54,988 nucleotides of DNA from a phage: NCBI GenBank assembly GCA_021081985.1, contig GCA_021081985.1_3639.2; one strand, 5' to 3'. Shown here piece after piece: positions 45,107-54,238 of the stretch. Every line of letters begins with the position of its first letter. The first letter of the stretch is position 1. Under the pieces are notes generated by a model that did not search any database, was not told the DNA's origin, and saw only the letters and a program-made list of their open reading frames with translations. Position numbers and translations under genes: made by a program.

Positions 45107-45434
45107 TATCTCTTTTCTCCAAATCCCGTTTCTCCAAGTATCCTTTTACCATAAGTGCTACAGCGTAAATTCCCACAAGACAAATACAAAATGTAAAAAT
45201 AATAGGTAAAACCATTACCGCAAACATCATAAATAGCGGTCCCGCAACAGTAATGAATGCTGTTCCAAGCAACAATAGAAATACTACATATTTATCTGCC
45301 GTCTCATCCACCTTCTTAAGATACACACCTAAACACACAGAAGACAATAGGAATGATAGAATGGACAGCAACAGATACCAATTATCAATAAAGATGATAA
45401 TTGGACCAGCAACATTTTCTAACCACCACATCAT
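45099..45434 (-). CDS. Membrane protein
   Basis: 111 aa, three hydrophobic segments. Confidence 0.35.
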   Translation of the reverse strand: MMWWLENVAGPIIIFIDNWYLLLSILSFLLSSVCLGVYLKKVDETADKYVVFLLLLGTAFITVAGPLFMMFAVMVLPIIFTFCICLVGIYAVALMVKGYLEKRDLEKRDND

Positions 45435-45448
45435 ATATACTTACCTCT

Positions 45449-46693
45449 TTAGAATAACATATCCCTGCTGATTGCTTTACGAATAGCATCAATACGGGCT
45501 ACTCGCACAGCTTCACCAATCTCTTTACCATTCTTACCCTTTTCCAGAAGGGGTTTTGTTATAGCTTTAGAATCAACTTTTGTCATAGCGTCGTAGGCTT
45601 CCAGCAAAATATGACCTTGAAGATAAGGCTTATGCCTAAAATCACCACCTCTTCCTTTAGCATCACAATAACACGCATCTGCAAGTGTGTAAACCTTCAT
45701 TTTCTGATCCGCTTGTCCAGCAGCTTCAAATATTTTCATGATGCTTTTTGGTTTCAAACCGTTGTTACCATCTCTGGGAGAGATGGCGTGCACTTTTGTG
45801 TGATTTTCTGCAACATATTTTGCCGTGTCACGATAGATATTATAAATCTTCAACCTTTCACACAAGGATTGGATAACATCTACACCAGCTTTCTCATGAC
45901 CATGAAGATTACCATTGTCCTTGTAAGTTATAGCTTTGCCAAAATCATGGCACAGCACAGCAAACTTGGTCAGTGGATCAGCTTCTAATTCATCAGCAAC
46001 CCTTAACGCTAGAATTGTATGGGTGTAAGCATCCCCTTCTGGGTGATGTTCTTTAGGTTGTTGCACACCACGTAGGGCTTCCAGTTCAGGAAGTTCGCCA
46101 ATACGTCCCATATTGACAGCAAAAGATCTGAAATAACTACTCTTTAAGGCTTTCAACATTTCCTTCCATTTACGCTCGGCGCTTATTTCTGCCAAAGAGT
46201 GTCGGTTGTCATAAGCCAGTTTAAAAGTTTCTGGATGGATATGCCATTCTTCCCCAAGCTGGGCTTTAAATCTAAACAGGCGTAGAATACGTAATGGATC
46301 TTCAATAAACGCCTCTGATGTATGACGTAATGTTTTAAGTCCTAAGTCAACCTGACCGCCAAAAGGATCAATAATCTCACCACTATCAACATCCATCGCC
46401 ATGGAGTTGATGGTAAGATCTCTACGTGCCAAATCCTCTTCCAGTGTTACATCTGGACTAAAGCATACCTCAAATCCTTTATGGCCTTCGCCTGTTTTTC
46501 TTTCTGTGCGTGCAAGAGCGTACTCTTCTCTTGTTTCTGGGTGAAGATAAACTGGAAAAGATGCGCCAACTTGTGTGAACCCTCTTTTCAGCATCTCTTC
46601 ATGCGTAGCACCAACAACCACATAATCACGGTCTGATATTTCACGACCTAACAATTTATCTCTTACTGCGCCACCTACCAAGTATACCTTCAT
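45449..46693 (-). CDS. cca: CCA-adding enzyme (tRNA nucleotidyltransferase) with C-terminal HD domain
   Basis: MKVYLVGGAVRDKLLG, RDYVVVG, EEYALARTERK, RRDLTINS, GEIIDPFGG and EDPLRILRLFRF closely parallel the E. coli Cca head domain (recalled); C-terminal HDFGKA ... HGHEKAG gives the HD motif. Confidence 0.8.
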   Translation of the reverse strand: MKVYLVGGAVRDKLLGREISDRDYVVVGATHEEMLKRGFTQVGASFPVYLHPETREEYALARTERKTGEGHKGFEVCFSPDVTLEEDLARRDLTINSMAMDVDSGEIIDPFGGQVDLGLKTLRHTSEAFIEDPLRILRLFRFKAQLGEEWHIHPETFKLAYDNRHSLAEISAERKWKEMLKALKSSYFRSFAVNMGRIGELPELEALRGVQQPKEHHPEGDAYTHTILALRVADELEADPLTKFAVLCHDFGKAITYKDNGNLHGHEKAGVDVIQSLCERLKIYNIYRDTAKYVAENHTKVHAISPRDGNNGLKPKSIMKIFEAAGQADQKMKVYTLADACYCDAKGRGGDFRHKPYLQGHILLEAYDAMTKVDSKAITKPLLEKGKNGKEIGEAVRVARIDAIRKAISRDMLF

Positions 46694-47016
46694 TTCTTCG
46701 CCCACGTATTCATATAATTAACAATATCTTTTACGGTTCTCTTTCCGTCCAGTGGATAAACCATGTCATCGCTCATCCCACCGTGTTTTAGCATTGCTAC
46801 CAGTCTAGTATATACCTCTTTTGGTCTTTTGCAAGTTCTTTTCTTCCATTTATGACCGTCTGGGGAGTACTCCTTATCTTCAAGAGAGATATGAAGGATG
46901 TCTCCTATAAACTCTTTTGCCTGTGTGCTGTAAAGCGGACGGTGGAATATATAGAATTTCATTGCTTGCTCCTTTATTGTAATAACAATATCAGTGCAAG
47001 CTACATGTGTCAACAC
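46690..47016 (-). CDS. Hypothetical protein
   Basis: 108-aa ORF. Confidence 0.35.
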   Translation of the reverse strand: MLTHVACTDIVITIKEQAMKFYIFHRPLYSTQAKEFIGDILHISLEDKEYSPDGHKWKKRTCKRPKEVYTRLVAMLKHGGMSDDMVYPLDGKRTVKDIVNYMNTWAKK

Positions 47017-47044
47017 ATAAAGAAAAACCCGCTAAAAAGCGGGT
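47017..47044 (-). terminator. Putative rho-independent terminator (minus strand)
   Basis: On the minus strand AACCCGC-TTTTTA-GCGGGTT is followed by TTTCTTT. Confidence 0.45.
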
Positions 47045-47052
47045 TATCTCTC

Positions 47053-47334
47053 TTACCATGTTACAAATATGTTTATAGATGTGCCTTGTTTTGTTGGCTG
47101 ATAGCTAATAATATCTACCGTGAAACCACCACCACGAAGATCGCCAACAATATGAGGCAGGTAATCACCCATTTCCTCCGGGAACTGTAGTGACATACCC
47201 ATTCCAAATAGACCTTTCTTTGCACATTGGCTGATCCCGTTTACTATCTGGTCGTACAGTTCCACCAGAGATTTTGGGGTGTCCTTTTTCGACTTGTTCG
47301 CTATCTCTCTCATTTTGCTGGCGACATTTGCCAT
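47053..47334 (-). CDS. Hypothetical protein; overlaps the 3' end of the Dam-like gene in another frame
   Basis: 93-aa ORF with protein-like composition; about 170 nt overlap with 47165..47845. Confidence 0.35.
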   Translation of the reverse strand: MANVASKMREIANKSKKDTPKSLVELYDQIVNGISQCAKKGLFGMGMSLQFPEEMGDYLPHIVGDLRGGGFTVDIISYQPTKQGTSINIFVTW

Positions 47335-47845
47335 CTTTACCTCTTAAAAAATAGAAAGGCTTCAAATTAAGGGTGTTCTTTTTGTCCCACACATACCATG
47401 CATACCCGCTTCCATCTGTCTTACCATCCTCTGTAAAAGATGGTCTTTGAGAAAGTACAAGCAGAGATGTTGGGGGATTATCTTGCCACCACTCCCACCT
47501 TTTCATACTTTCAAGAAAACCAAGACGTAGAAGCATGATAACGACATCAGCGTCACGCAGAGCTTTCTCAACAAATTCTTGAGCCAGTGAGTATGGAGGA
47601 TTAGAGATTATGATGTCTGTGTGATTATACTCTGTTGCCAGATAATCAACACCTTGACGTATTTCTCCCCAAGCACTTCCGATTGGTAGAAAATTATAAA
47701 TCCTACCGGAAGCTCTGCACGGCTCCATATATTTCTTTTTCATATCTATGGGGATGACTTCCAACAGGGCTTCAACAGCCCATACTGGGGTTTCATACGT
47801 GTCGTATTCTCTCCGATCACCCTTCCTTTTCAGGGGTGCTACCAT
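47165..47845 (-). CDS. DNA N6-adenine methyltransferase, phage Dam-like (true 3' end uncertain)
   Basis: YETPVWAVEALL near the N-terminus, DIIISNPPYS (NPPY catalytic motif), VVIMLLRLGFLES and YAWYVWDKK; the last 55 aa of the ORF look like readthrough. Confidence 0.6.
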   Translation of the reverse strand: MVAPLKRKGDRREYDTYETPVWAVEALLEVIPIDMKKKYMEPCRASGRIYNFLPIGSAWGEIRQGVDYLATEYNHTDIIISNPPYSLAQEFVEKALRDADVVIMLLRLGFLESMKRWEWWQDNPPTSLLVLSQRPSFTEDGKTDGSGYAWYVWDKKNTLNLKPFYFLRGKDGKCRQQNERDSEQVEKGHPKISGGTVRPDSKRDQPMCKERSIWNGYVTTVPGGNG

Positions 47846-48792
47846 CAGTTACCAACCTTTTCGATAGTTTCTTTCAGAATATCTTCGGAAACACTAAGAA
47901 TTTGATTCAGTAGAATGTCTCTTTTGTGTGGTATTACTCTGGCTTCATTCTCACCATATTGCATGTTGTTTAATTGTACAAGAATTTCTTTTAGCTCGTC
48001 AACATTAAAACCATCAAAATCACGTTCGTTCAAAGTTGACATATTGAAACTAAAATTCTCGCCACCAACCGCAATGTTCATAAGCATTTCTTGTACCTCA
48101 CCTTTAGGAACAGCATCTATGTTTTGGGGTGTGACATTCTTAACCACTGTTGTTTTTGTGGTTTTTGAGCCTGTTACATACTTCAGCCCTTGTTGCTCTC
48201 TTCGGATATTCTCTTTATCCAGTAAAGCGGCTTCTGTGCGTGCCAAAATATCTTCTTCTGTCAACCAAACTTCCCCACCACCTTTAATGGTTTCCATTTC
48301 TTCAGGTGTTAGCACATCTTTATAGAAATAATCGAAGACACGATCAAAGTAGTCTTTTTGGAACACAGCTTGGCGGTAAATGTTGGATCCGTCTCCACCT
48401 ATCCAACCCTGATAGTTATGGAACATAAAAATTGTCAATGGTGAAACAGTTCTACGCTCACATGCCAACCATAATACTGTTCCTGCTGAACACACTTGGC
48501 CTTCTGCATGAACAATAACCATGGCCTGACTTTCTCGGATGGCGCTAACGTATGCCATAGCAATAGCAACATCTCCACCCAATGTATTTATAATAATGCG
48601 TACCGTATCCTCTGGATTGGCTGCACGAATTGTTTGTAACCGCTCTTGGTGATCTTCCAACCAATGCATCTCATTAACGTAAATGACATGATTATTAGCA
48701 TGAGCACGATATGTAAAAACATTAGCAGTCTCTACACGGTTAACGTTAAAATCATTACTCAGTTTTTGCATTACAACCTTCTCCGTTTTCAA
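47845..48792 (-). CDS. ClpP-like serine peptidase (S14 family)
   Basis: INTLGGDVAIAMAYVSAI ... VHAEGQVCSAGTVLWLAC parallels the ClpP active-site region INSPGG ... GQAASMG. Confidence 0.55.
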   Translation of the reverse strand: MKTEKVVMQKLSNDFNVNRVETANVFTYRAHANNHVIYVNEMHWLEDHQERLQTIRAANPEDTVRIIINTLGGDVAIAMAYVSAIRESQAMVIVHAEGQVCSAGTVLWLACERRTVSPLTIFMFHNYQGWIGGDGSNIYRQAVFQKDYFDRVFDYFYKDVLTPEEMETIKGGGEVWLTEEDILARTEAALLDKENIRREQQGLKYVTGSKTTKTTVVKNVTPQNIDAVPKGEVQEMLMNIAVGGENFSFNMSTLNERDFDGFNVDELKEILVQLNNMQYGENEARVIPHKRDILLNQILSVSEDILKETIEKVGN

Positions 48793-49252
48793 TGAGGATA
48801 CCCATCAAAATATGGCTATTACTCAAAAGCCAATCTATGTTTATGCCGCACTCCTCATCAACAATAACTTTGTCGCTATATCTGGAGCACCGGATAACTC
48901 TACGAGCATATTCAGCCGCTATAGCTGCTTGGTGTATAATTGTAAACCTATCAAGTTCATCTTTAGTAAGATGAATGAACTTAGATTTACCATTCATACA
49001 GATGAGATGCTCCAGCAACTCAATTCTGTTAGAGAACATCAATTCAGCATCCTTCTTAGCAGCACTTTCAGAATAAAACATACTAGCTAAGAGGCTTTTA
49101 TTAACAATTCTTAAAGAATTAGCCACCGTGGTCATATATCTGTTATAAAGCTCAGTAGCCATCTCTTCAAACACGTCAGGCTCTACAACACCACAATTCT
49201 GTAACTTTACCAAGGTATCGTTTGTTAAGACACTACAGACAGTATTTTTCAT
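48755..49252 (-). CDS. Hypothetical protein
   Basis: 165-aa ORF. Confidence 0.4.
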   Translation of the reverse strand: MKNTVCSVLTNDTLVKLQNCGVVEPDVFEEMATELYNRYMTTVANSLRIVNKSLLASMFYSESAAKKDAELMFSNRIELLEHLICMNGKSKFIHLTKDELDRFTIIHQAAIAAEYARRVIRCSRYSDKVIVDEECGINIDWLLSNSHILMGILIENGEGCNAKTE

Positions 49253-49258
49253 TGTCCC

Positions 49259-49567
49259 CTACCTAGCAATTAGATATTGTATCTTTCCGTCATCTTCCTG
49301 ATACCCAACATCTACAACATAGTATTCTCCAACATCAGGAATCAACAACTTATCCCCAACCTCGTACTCTTTTGGGGTATGGTATACCATTGATTCTGTA
49401 AAATATTTGTACTTATCCGTATCGTTAATGTTGCATGAAATTTCCATTTCTCCGTTGTTGTTGGGTATGAGAATATCCTCACCATTCTTTTTCCCAACCA
49501 CATAACCACCTACCAATGTTTTAACTAAGCACAGTGTTTTATTGAGTTTGTCTTGGAACTTTGGCAA
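49259..49567 (-). CDS. Hypothetical protein
   Basis: 102-aa ORF. Confidence 0.35.
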   Translation of the reverse strand: MPKFQDKLNKTLCLVKTLVGGYVVGKKNGEDILIPNNNGEMEISCNINDTDKYKYFTESMVYHTPKEYEVGDKLLIPDVGEYYVVDVGYQEDDGKIQYLIAR

Positions 49568-50183
49568 AAGAATCCTCCATTTTGTCCAGGAATGTTTCCA
49601 GGAGTTTTATTCTTTCTGGTGTGTTAAGATTAAGTGTTTTAATCCCTTTCATCTTAGCAAGATTGACAGCAGTAGCCGTGCCGCCTCTTGGATTACCATT
49701 CTTATCTTCTTTTGCGAAGTAGAGCACAAAGGAAGATGGCTTTGGGTTGTTAATATTCACTCCCAACACTTGATGCACATTCCTAGAATGTAACGCAAAT
49801 GCTGCTCTGTTTCTCAACAATGCTTGTGGGTTTGGATGCACCTTTTGCACCAACTCATCTCGGTATTCTATTTGATCGATATATAGATGGTTAATATATT
49901 GTAAGCCATAATCCCAGTTATCGTACAAATCCACTTCTTTATCGCCAAAACCTTTCCATGGTATGTAAATTTCTGCGAGTCTGTTACCATACAATATTTT
50001 GGTTTTATCGTCAAGGCTATCGAAATATCGCTGCATCCCTCTCTGGAACGCCGCATCAGCCCCTTCTGCCTTACCGCTCCGCAATGTAAACCCTAACCCA
50101 GCCAGTCTAAAAGCAGCGTCTTCCATGACGCTGATAACTTCTGGGGGTGTTTCACGAGAACCTACCCCAGTATAATAACGCAT
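49539..50183 (-). CDS. Hypothetical protein, possibly SLOG/DprA-like Rossmann fold
   Basis: 214 aa; N-terminal YTGVGSRETP and C-terminal GGTATAV are reminiscent of SLOG-family nucleotide-binding proteins. Weak. Confidence 0.3.
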   Translation of the reverse strand: MRYYTGVGSRETPPEVISVMEDAAFRLAGLGFTLRSGKAEGADAAFQRGMQRYFDSLDDKTKILYGNRLAEIYIPWKGFGDKEVDLYDNWDYGLQYINHLYIDQIEYRDELVQKVHPNPQALLRNRAAFALHSRNVHQVLGVNINNPKPSSFVLYFAKEDKNGNPRGGTATAVNLAKMKGIKTLNLNTPERIKLLETFLDKMEDSFAKVPRQTQ

Positions 50184-50191
50184 AAACCCCC

Positions 50192-50980
50192 TTATGATGC
50201 CATTGGTGTGTAAATACCTTTATCTCTGTCTTTCAACAATCCCTTGGCGATTTCCTTGACAACACCACCACGGACTACATCCTGTAGTTGATTAAATTGA
50301 ACAATACCCACACCAGAAATATTATGTCTGTGGAGAAAATCTTCAACCCATTCCAAACCAGAGACACCACGTATATCTTTTTGACTTTCATCCCCCATGA
50401 TGACAAGAGTGCAATTATCTGAAATACGAGTTACAATACTCAGCATTTCTTCTGGAGTGCTTTGTTGTGCCTCGTCAATCAGTAGAAAGCTGTTTTCATC
50501 AAACGATCTTCCTCTAATACTCTCCAACTCTTGCACCTCGATACGTCCATGCAGTCCATCTTTCAATGAATTATAATACGCCCCATCACCCATTCTTTTA
50601 CGAATTGTATCGAGCATATTCCTTACGTAAGGATATAGTTTCTCCAGAGTAGAACCAGGTTTGAATCCAGAGGTCTTTCCCGTTTGCACATATGGCCTTG
50701 CTACAATGATTTTATCTATCTCATTTTTCCTGAGAAGATCAGCAGCATATGCAGAGGCGAGATATGTCTTTCCTGTTCCAAAGATCCCTTTTGCTATAAT
50801 GATGTTACAGGTCTTAAGTTTTTGGAGGTAATCTTGTTGCTTTCTATTCATGGCAACAAGTGTTGGGGCACTATTTCTCTCTTCCTCAAACTTAGGCTTG
50901 TATTTCATCTTTCTTTCATCGCGTGCTTTCTTCCTTGCAGCAAGTTTCAAAGCACGCGTCTCTTTACTTCTTCCCATCAA
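50192..50980 (-). CDS. phoH: PhoH-like ATPase
   Basis: 262 aa; Walker A GIFGTGKTYLA, then RGRSFDENSFLLIDEAQ and the VIMGD region, typical of PhoH. Confidence 0.75.
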   Translation of the reverse strand: MMGRSKETRALKLAARKKARDERKMKYKPKFEEERNSAPTLVAMNRKQQDYLQKLKTCNIIIAKGIFGTGKTYLASAYAADLLRKNEIDKIIVARPYVQTGKTSGFKPGSTLEKLYPYVRNMLDTIRKRMGDGAYYNSLKDGLHGRIEVQELESIRGRSFDENSFLLIDEAQQSTPEEMLSIVTRISDNCTLVIMGDESQKDIRGVSGLEWVEDFLHRHNISGVGIVQFNQLQDVVRGGVVKEIAKGLLKDRDKGIYTPMAS

Positions 50981-50989
50981 AGGATCTCC

Positions 50990-51694
50990 TTAAGAGTTCA
51001 GAACAGATTTGGCTTTATTATAGTATGCAGTTCTTTCAGACAGATGATTTGTCCCACCATTCACAAGTTTTGTTATTTTTACAATATCGTCAGCATCACA
51101 GGCTGCATTAATATCCCGAGATTGCCAGTACCAACCAGCACTTAACACAGCATACTCCGGCTGCTCAAGAAGCTCTGGGTGATTAATCAAATCTATACCT
51201 AGAGCTTTGCCACAATCTCTATAATTGGCATAACCTGTAATCTGGATAAGGCCTCTTCCTTTATACTTTGCCCCATCACCATCTTTTTCCGGTGTATTGC
51301 CGAGTTTTTTTGCTAGGCTACCTGTGTCATACTTATCAAAGTATGCATCATTACCAAGCTCTCTGACATATTTAAACTCAGCAGACTCAACACCTATCTG
51401 GGATAGAAAACCAGCTATCCTGTTTGTGGTGTTAATATCTGTTTTCAAGAAAAGATTGTTTAGGGGTTCAAGGAATTTAGAATTTCTGTTTGCTTTTGCT
51501 CCGATAGGAAATATCTTGTCCAATTGCGCTTGTGTAAGTAGTGTATTCCCCCCGTTTGTCGAGTTAGCTTTTTGTATGCATTTTTCCAATGCGGATTTAG
51601 TGGCGGGGCCATAGATACCATCAGCCCCAGATTTTCCTACACTAAAACCACCATTTATCAGCATACGTTGAATTTCGGCTATCGCAGAGTTCAT
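50990..51694 (-). CDS. Endolysin: N-terminal peptidoglycan-binding domain plus glycoside hydrolase family 19 catalytic domain
   Basis: N-terminal GADGIYGPATKSALE (PG_binding_1-like); catalytic AGFLSQIGVESAEF, KYKGRGLIQITGYANY and SAGWYWQ are GH19 hallmarks. Confidence 0.7.
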   Translation of the reverse strand: MNSAIAEIQRMLINGGFSVGKSGADGIYGPATKSALEKCIQKANSTNGGNTLLTQAQLDKIFPIGAKANRNSKFLEPLNNLFLKTDINTTNRIAGFLSQIGVESAEFKYVRELGNDAYFDKYDTGSLAKKLGNTPEKDGDGAKYKGRGLIQITGYANYRDCGKALGIDLINHPELLEQPEYAVLSAGWYWQSRDINAACDADDIVKITKLVNGGTNHLSERTAYYNKAKSVLNS

Positions 51695-51709
51695 TTTCCC
51701 TCTTCTGTG

Positions 51710-52168
51710 TTAGCCCTCTCCAATTGCCTCACTAAAAGCTGTTTGAAAACTGGAAGCGACCCCAGCAAGTTTAATCGTAATTCTTTCTTGGTAAATTGCA
51801 TACGCTAGCTCATCTGGTGAAAGAGCTTCTTTCAGATGACCAGCCATTACACCCATCACTTTCTCAAGTGTGTCTTCAGATAACATCTTCTTGAGCCGTT
51901 TCTGGGCTGTGTTTAACTCTTTCTCAAGGGTTGGGTTAGAGTCTTTCTTGGCTTGCGCTTTCATCCTCTTCATGGAATCAATCATTAACTGAGTATCCTC
52001 AGTCACCTGATTAATCAATCTTGGAAAGATCAATTCTGCAAAAATATAGGCCAACTCTTCATGAGTTTTAAGAAGTAAGCTATCAATCGTTAATTTTGGT
52101 GCGTACAAGTTTTCTTCATTAATGATATCTGCCATGATATTATCCTCTACGGGTTGCCCGTGCTGCAT
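51710..52168 (-). CDS. Hypothetical protein
   Basis: 152-aa helical, charged ORF. Confidence 0.4.
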   Translation of the reverse strand: MQHGQPVEDNIMADIINEENLYAPKLTIDSLLLKTHEELAYIFAELIFPRLINQVTEDTQLMIDSMKRMKAQAKKDSNPTLEKELNTAQKRLKKMLSEDTLEKVMGVMAGHLKEALSPDELAYAIYQERITIKLAGVASSFQTAFSEAIGEG

Positions 52169-52286
52169 TATCTGCCATTACCTGAAACAATTCCTCTTCG
52201 GTAATCTTTCTTTTCTTGCGTTTTCCACTACGCAGTGCCAGCGCAAGCTCTTTTTCATATGCCTTTCGTAGAGTTTTCTTACTCAT

Positions 52287-52760
52287 TTAAATCCCCTCTT
52301 TCCACAAACCATCTTTTTTAACCCACATTTTTTGGTTATCAGAACCCCTGAACCTTTTGGTTGTAGGCTTAGTCATATCATACTTACCATCTATAACAAT
52401 GTCAACAAGATTCTTAATTCTTTCAGGTATTTCTTCAAATAAATACCCTGTCCACAGCCAAATGTTTTTATCATCTCCGTAAACTGACCGTACCTTTAAA
52501 ATAATCTTTATAACACCATCAATATTTTGCGGATCAAGTGGTTCCCCACCTAAAATTGAGAGTCCTTTTATTTGCTTACGTGCCAAATCCTTTATGATTC
52601 TATCTAAATGTTCATCTGTAAACACTTCGCCATAACTGTATGACCAAGCTCTTTGGTTAAAACAGCCGCGACAACCATGACCACAACCGCTAACCCAGAG
52701 GGAGCATCGCACTCCCTCCCCGTTGATCATATCTGTTGGTTCATAACCGCAGAAATTCAT
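52287..52760 (-). CDS. nrdG: Anaerobic ribonucleotide reductase activating protein NrdG (radical SAM)
   Basis: 157 aa; GVRCSLWVSGCGHGCRGCFN carries the CxxxCxxC radical-SAM cluster motif; sits directly downstream of the NrdD C-terminal exon. Confidence 0.8.
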   Translation of the reverse strand: MNFCGYEPTDMINGEGVRCSLWVSGCGHGCRGCFNQRAWSYSYGEVFTDEHLDRIIKDLARKQIKGLSILGGEPLDPQNIDGVIKIILKVRSVYGDDKNIWLWTGYLFEEIPERIKNLVDIVIDGKYDMTKPTTKRFRGSDNQKMWVKKDGLWKEGI

Positions 52761-53241
52761 GTATGTTTCACTCTCTCAATAACCTCTTGCATCTTACCTT
52801 TGTTGTAAGGACGGCTGTTTGGAGCAGACAAATATCCAGACACACGTCTAATCACACTTATTGTTTCTTCATCATGATTGCCACAAGAAGGACACTCGAA
52901 CCCCTTGGCTGTGGCCTTAAACTCACCAGAGAAGCCACACTCGTGACATCTATCTACAGGTTGATTTATACCAAAATAAGGGATGTATTCATATCCATAA
53001 TCCACTAAGGCTTCCAATGCTTGCATGTTGTTTTTTAGATTAGGAACTTCCACATAACCTATGTTGCCACCATTACTTATCTCAGCAAACCCACATTCAT
53101 AATCCCATTTGAAGAATGGATCAGACGTTTTCCACACTGGTTGATGGAACGAGTTTGTCAAATAATCTCTTTCAATTAACCCAGGATATGCTTCTTTAAG
53201 TTTTGTGGCAAATTTATAACACAGAGATTCTGCCGATGTAC
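52757..53241 (-). CDS. nrdD: NrdD (anaerobic ribonucleoside-triphosphate reductase) 3'-terminal exon; upstream boundary approximate
   Basis: C-terminal zinc ribbon CHECGF ... CPSCGN followed by glycyl-radical motif RRVSGYL and ERVKH tail. The frame stays open upstream of the annotated TTG start (...SAESLCYKFATKLKEAYPGLIERDYLTNSFH) up to an in-frame TAA inside the intron. Confidence 0.75.
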
Positions 53242-53514
53242 CGCTGCTTTCGCAGTATTTTTACGGACTAGACTATATCACGATCTTGTGACCACTCACA
53301 AGACCCTCCACATTTCGCCATTCAAGGCTACTCTACTCGCTTCTTCACATCAGGTGAGGCTGATGCTATGCTTTCGATAGTCGTTAGAGACAATTTCTTG
53401 CCTACGGGGTTAGCTCTGCCCCCAGCGGGGTTTAGCCTTTCTTACCAGCTTATTGTTTATTCAGCTATGCCCGTTTAGTGGAGTTATTCGACAACCATCA
53501 CTGGTTGAAGGCCC
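53242..53514 (-). other. Group I intron (ORF-less, about 270 nt) within nrdD; boundaries approximate (about +/-20 nt)
   Basis: Minus strand carries CUAAACGGG, R-like AACGACUAUC, S-like GAUAUAGUC (P7 pairing GACUA/UAGUC), a GNRA-capped hairpin CUGCGAAAGCAG before the 3' junction, and a possible P1 between exon ACAACU and internal guide GGUUGU. Confidence 0.65.
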
Positions 53515-54019
53515 AGTTGTGTCTAGGCGTGCCATATAAGCTAAATGCTAAACCACTTCGCTCTTTAAAATCAGCACAAATATCCTTCATATATTTCAGG
53601 ATATTCATTGCCATCTCTTTACGAACTGGCTCACCATGCAAAATTTCAACTGCTTCATAAAGACCTACATAACCAATACTGATTGATGCGTAGCCATTAA
53701 AGAAGAGTTTACTAATCTTCTCATCAGGTCCGAGCCGTGCAATAGCCCCCTCCATAAACATTGTAGGGTTCTGGGATGCTTTTACATCCATCAATCTACC
53801 GACTCTAACCATATGCGCTTTATATGCCATTTCCATGTGCTTTTCAAGCAATTCGGTAAACAGAGTTTTCTTAGATTTTGCTTCTGCTGCAATCATAGGT
53901 AAGTTTAGAGAGACAACACCAAGATTGAATCTACCATCATATTTCTCACCATGCTCTGTTGCATAATAAGATAAGAAACTTCTACACATTATGTTCGAAG
54001 TGGTTCGCAAGGTCACTCC
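53515..54019 (-). CDS. nrdD: NrdD internal exon; boundaries approximate
   Basis: Open frame (ORF 53498..54016 plus upstream codons) with NLGVVSLNLP, IMCRSFL and GYASISIGYVGLYEAV; ends near ...SLYGTP before the intron. Confidence 0.6.
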
Positions 54020-54238
54020 CGCACCATTACGTGCTGCTGCATGTCACCATGCAGATCAGACCATATCTTCATGCTTAAAGCATGTCTGCCGTTTGGGGTG
54101 TCATCAGCTTACACTCTACATCCTTACATTCATCAGGATTGGTCGTTAGGCATTTACGGTTGATACCGATTTAGCACGGGATTCCCTCCATAGAGGATTC
54201 CCCCGTTTAGGCAGATTTTACATGAGCAGTTATAGTTT
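54020..54238 (-). other. Group I intron (ORF-less, about 220 nt) within nrdD; boundaries approximate
   Basis: Minus strand CUAAACGGGGGAAUCCUCUAUGGAGGGAAUCCCGUGCUAAAUCGG closely resembles the T4 td intron core as recalled; R-like AACGACCA and S-like GAUAUGGUC show a compensatory P7 change (GACCA/UGGUC); GNRA hairpin CUGCAUG-GUGA-CAUGCAG near the 3' end; P1 candidate exon CAUGGGU with guide GCUCAUG. Confidence 0.7.

Noticed and set aside
47845-48792. ClpP-like protease as evidence of a nearby capsid morphogenesis module (prohead protease with scaffold or major capsid genes)
   Set aside because: No capsid, portal or terminase-like proteins were recognisable among the neighbours, so only the protease fold is claimed.
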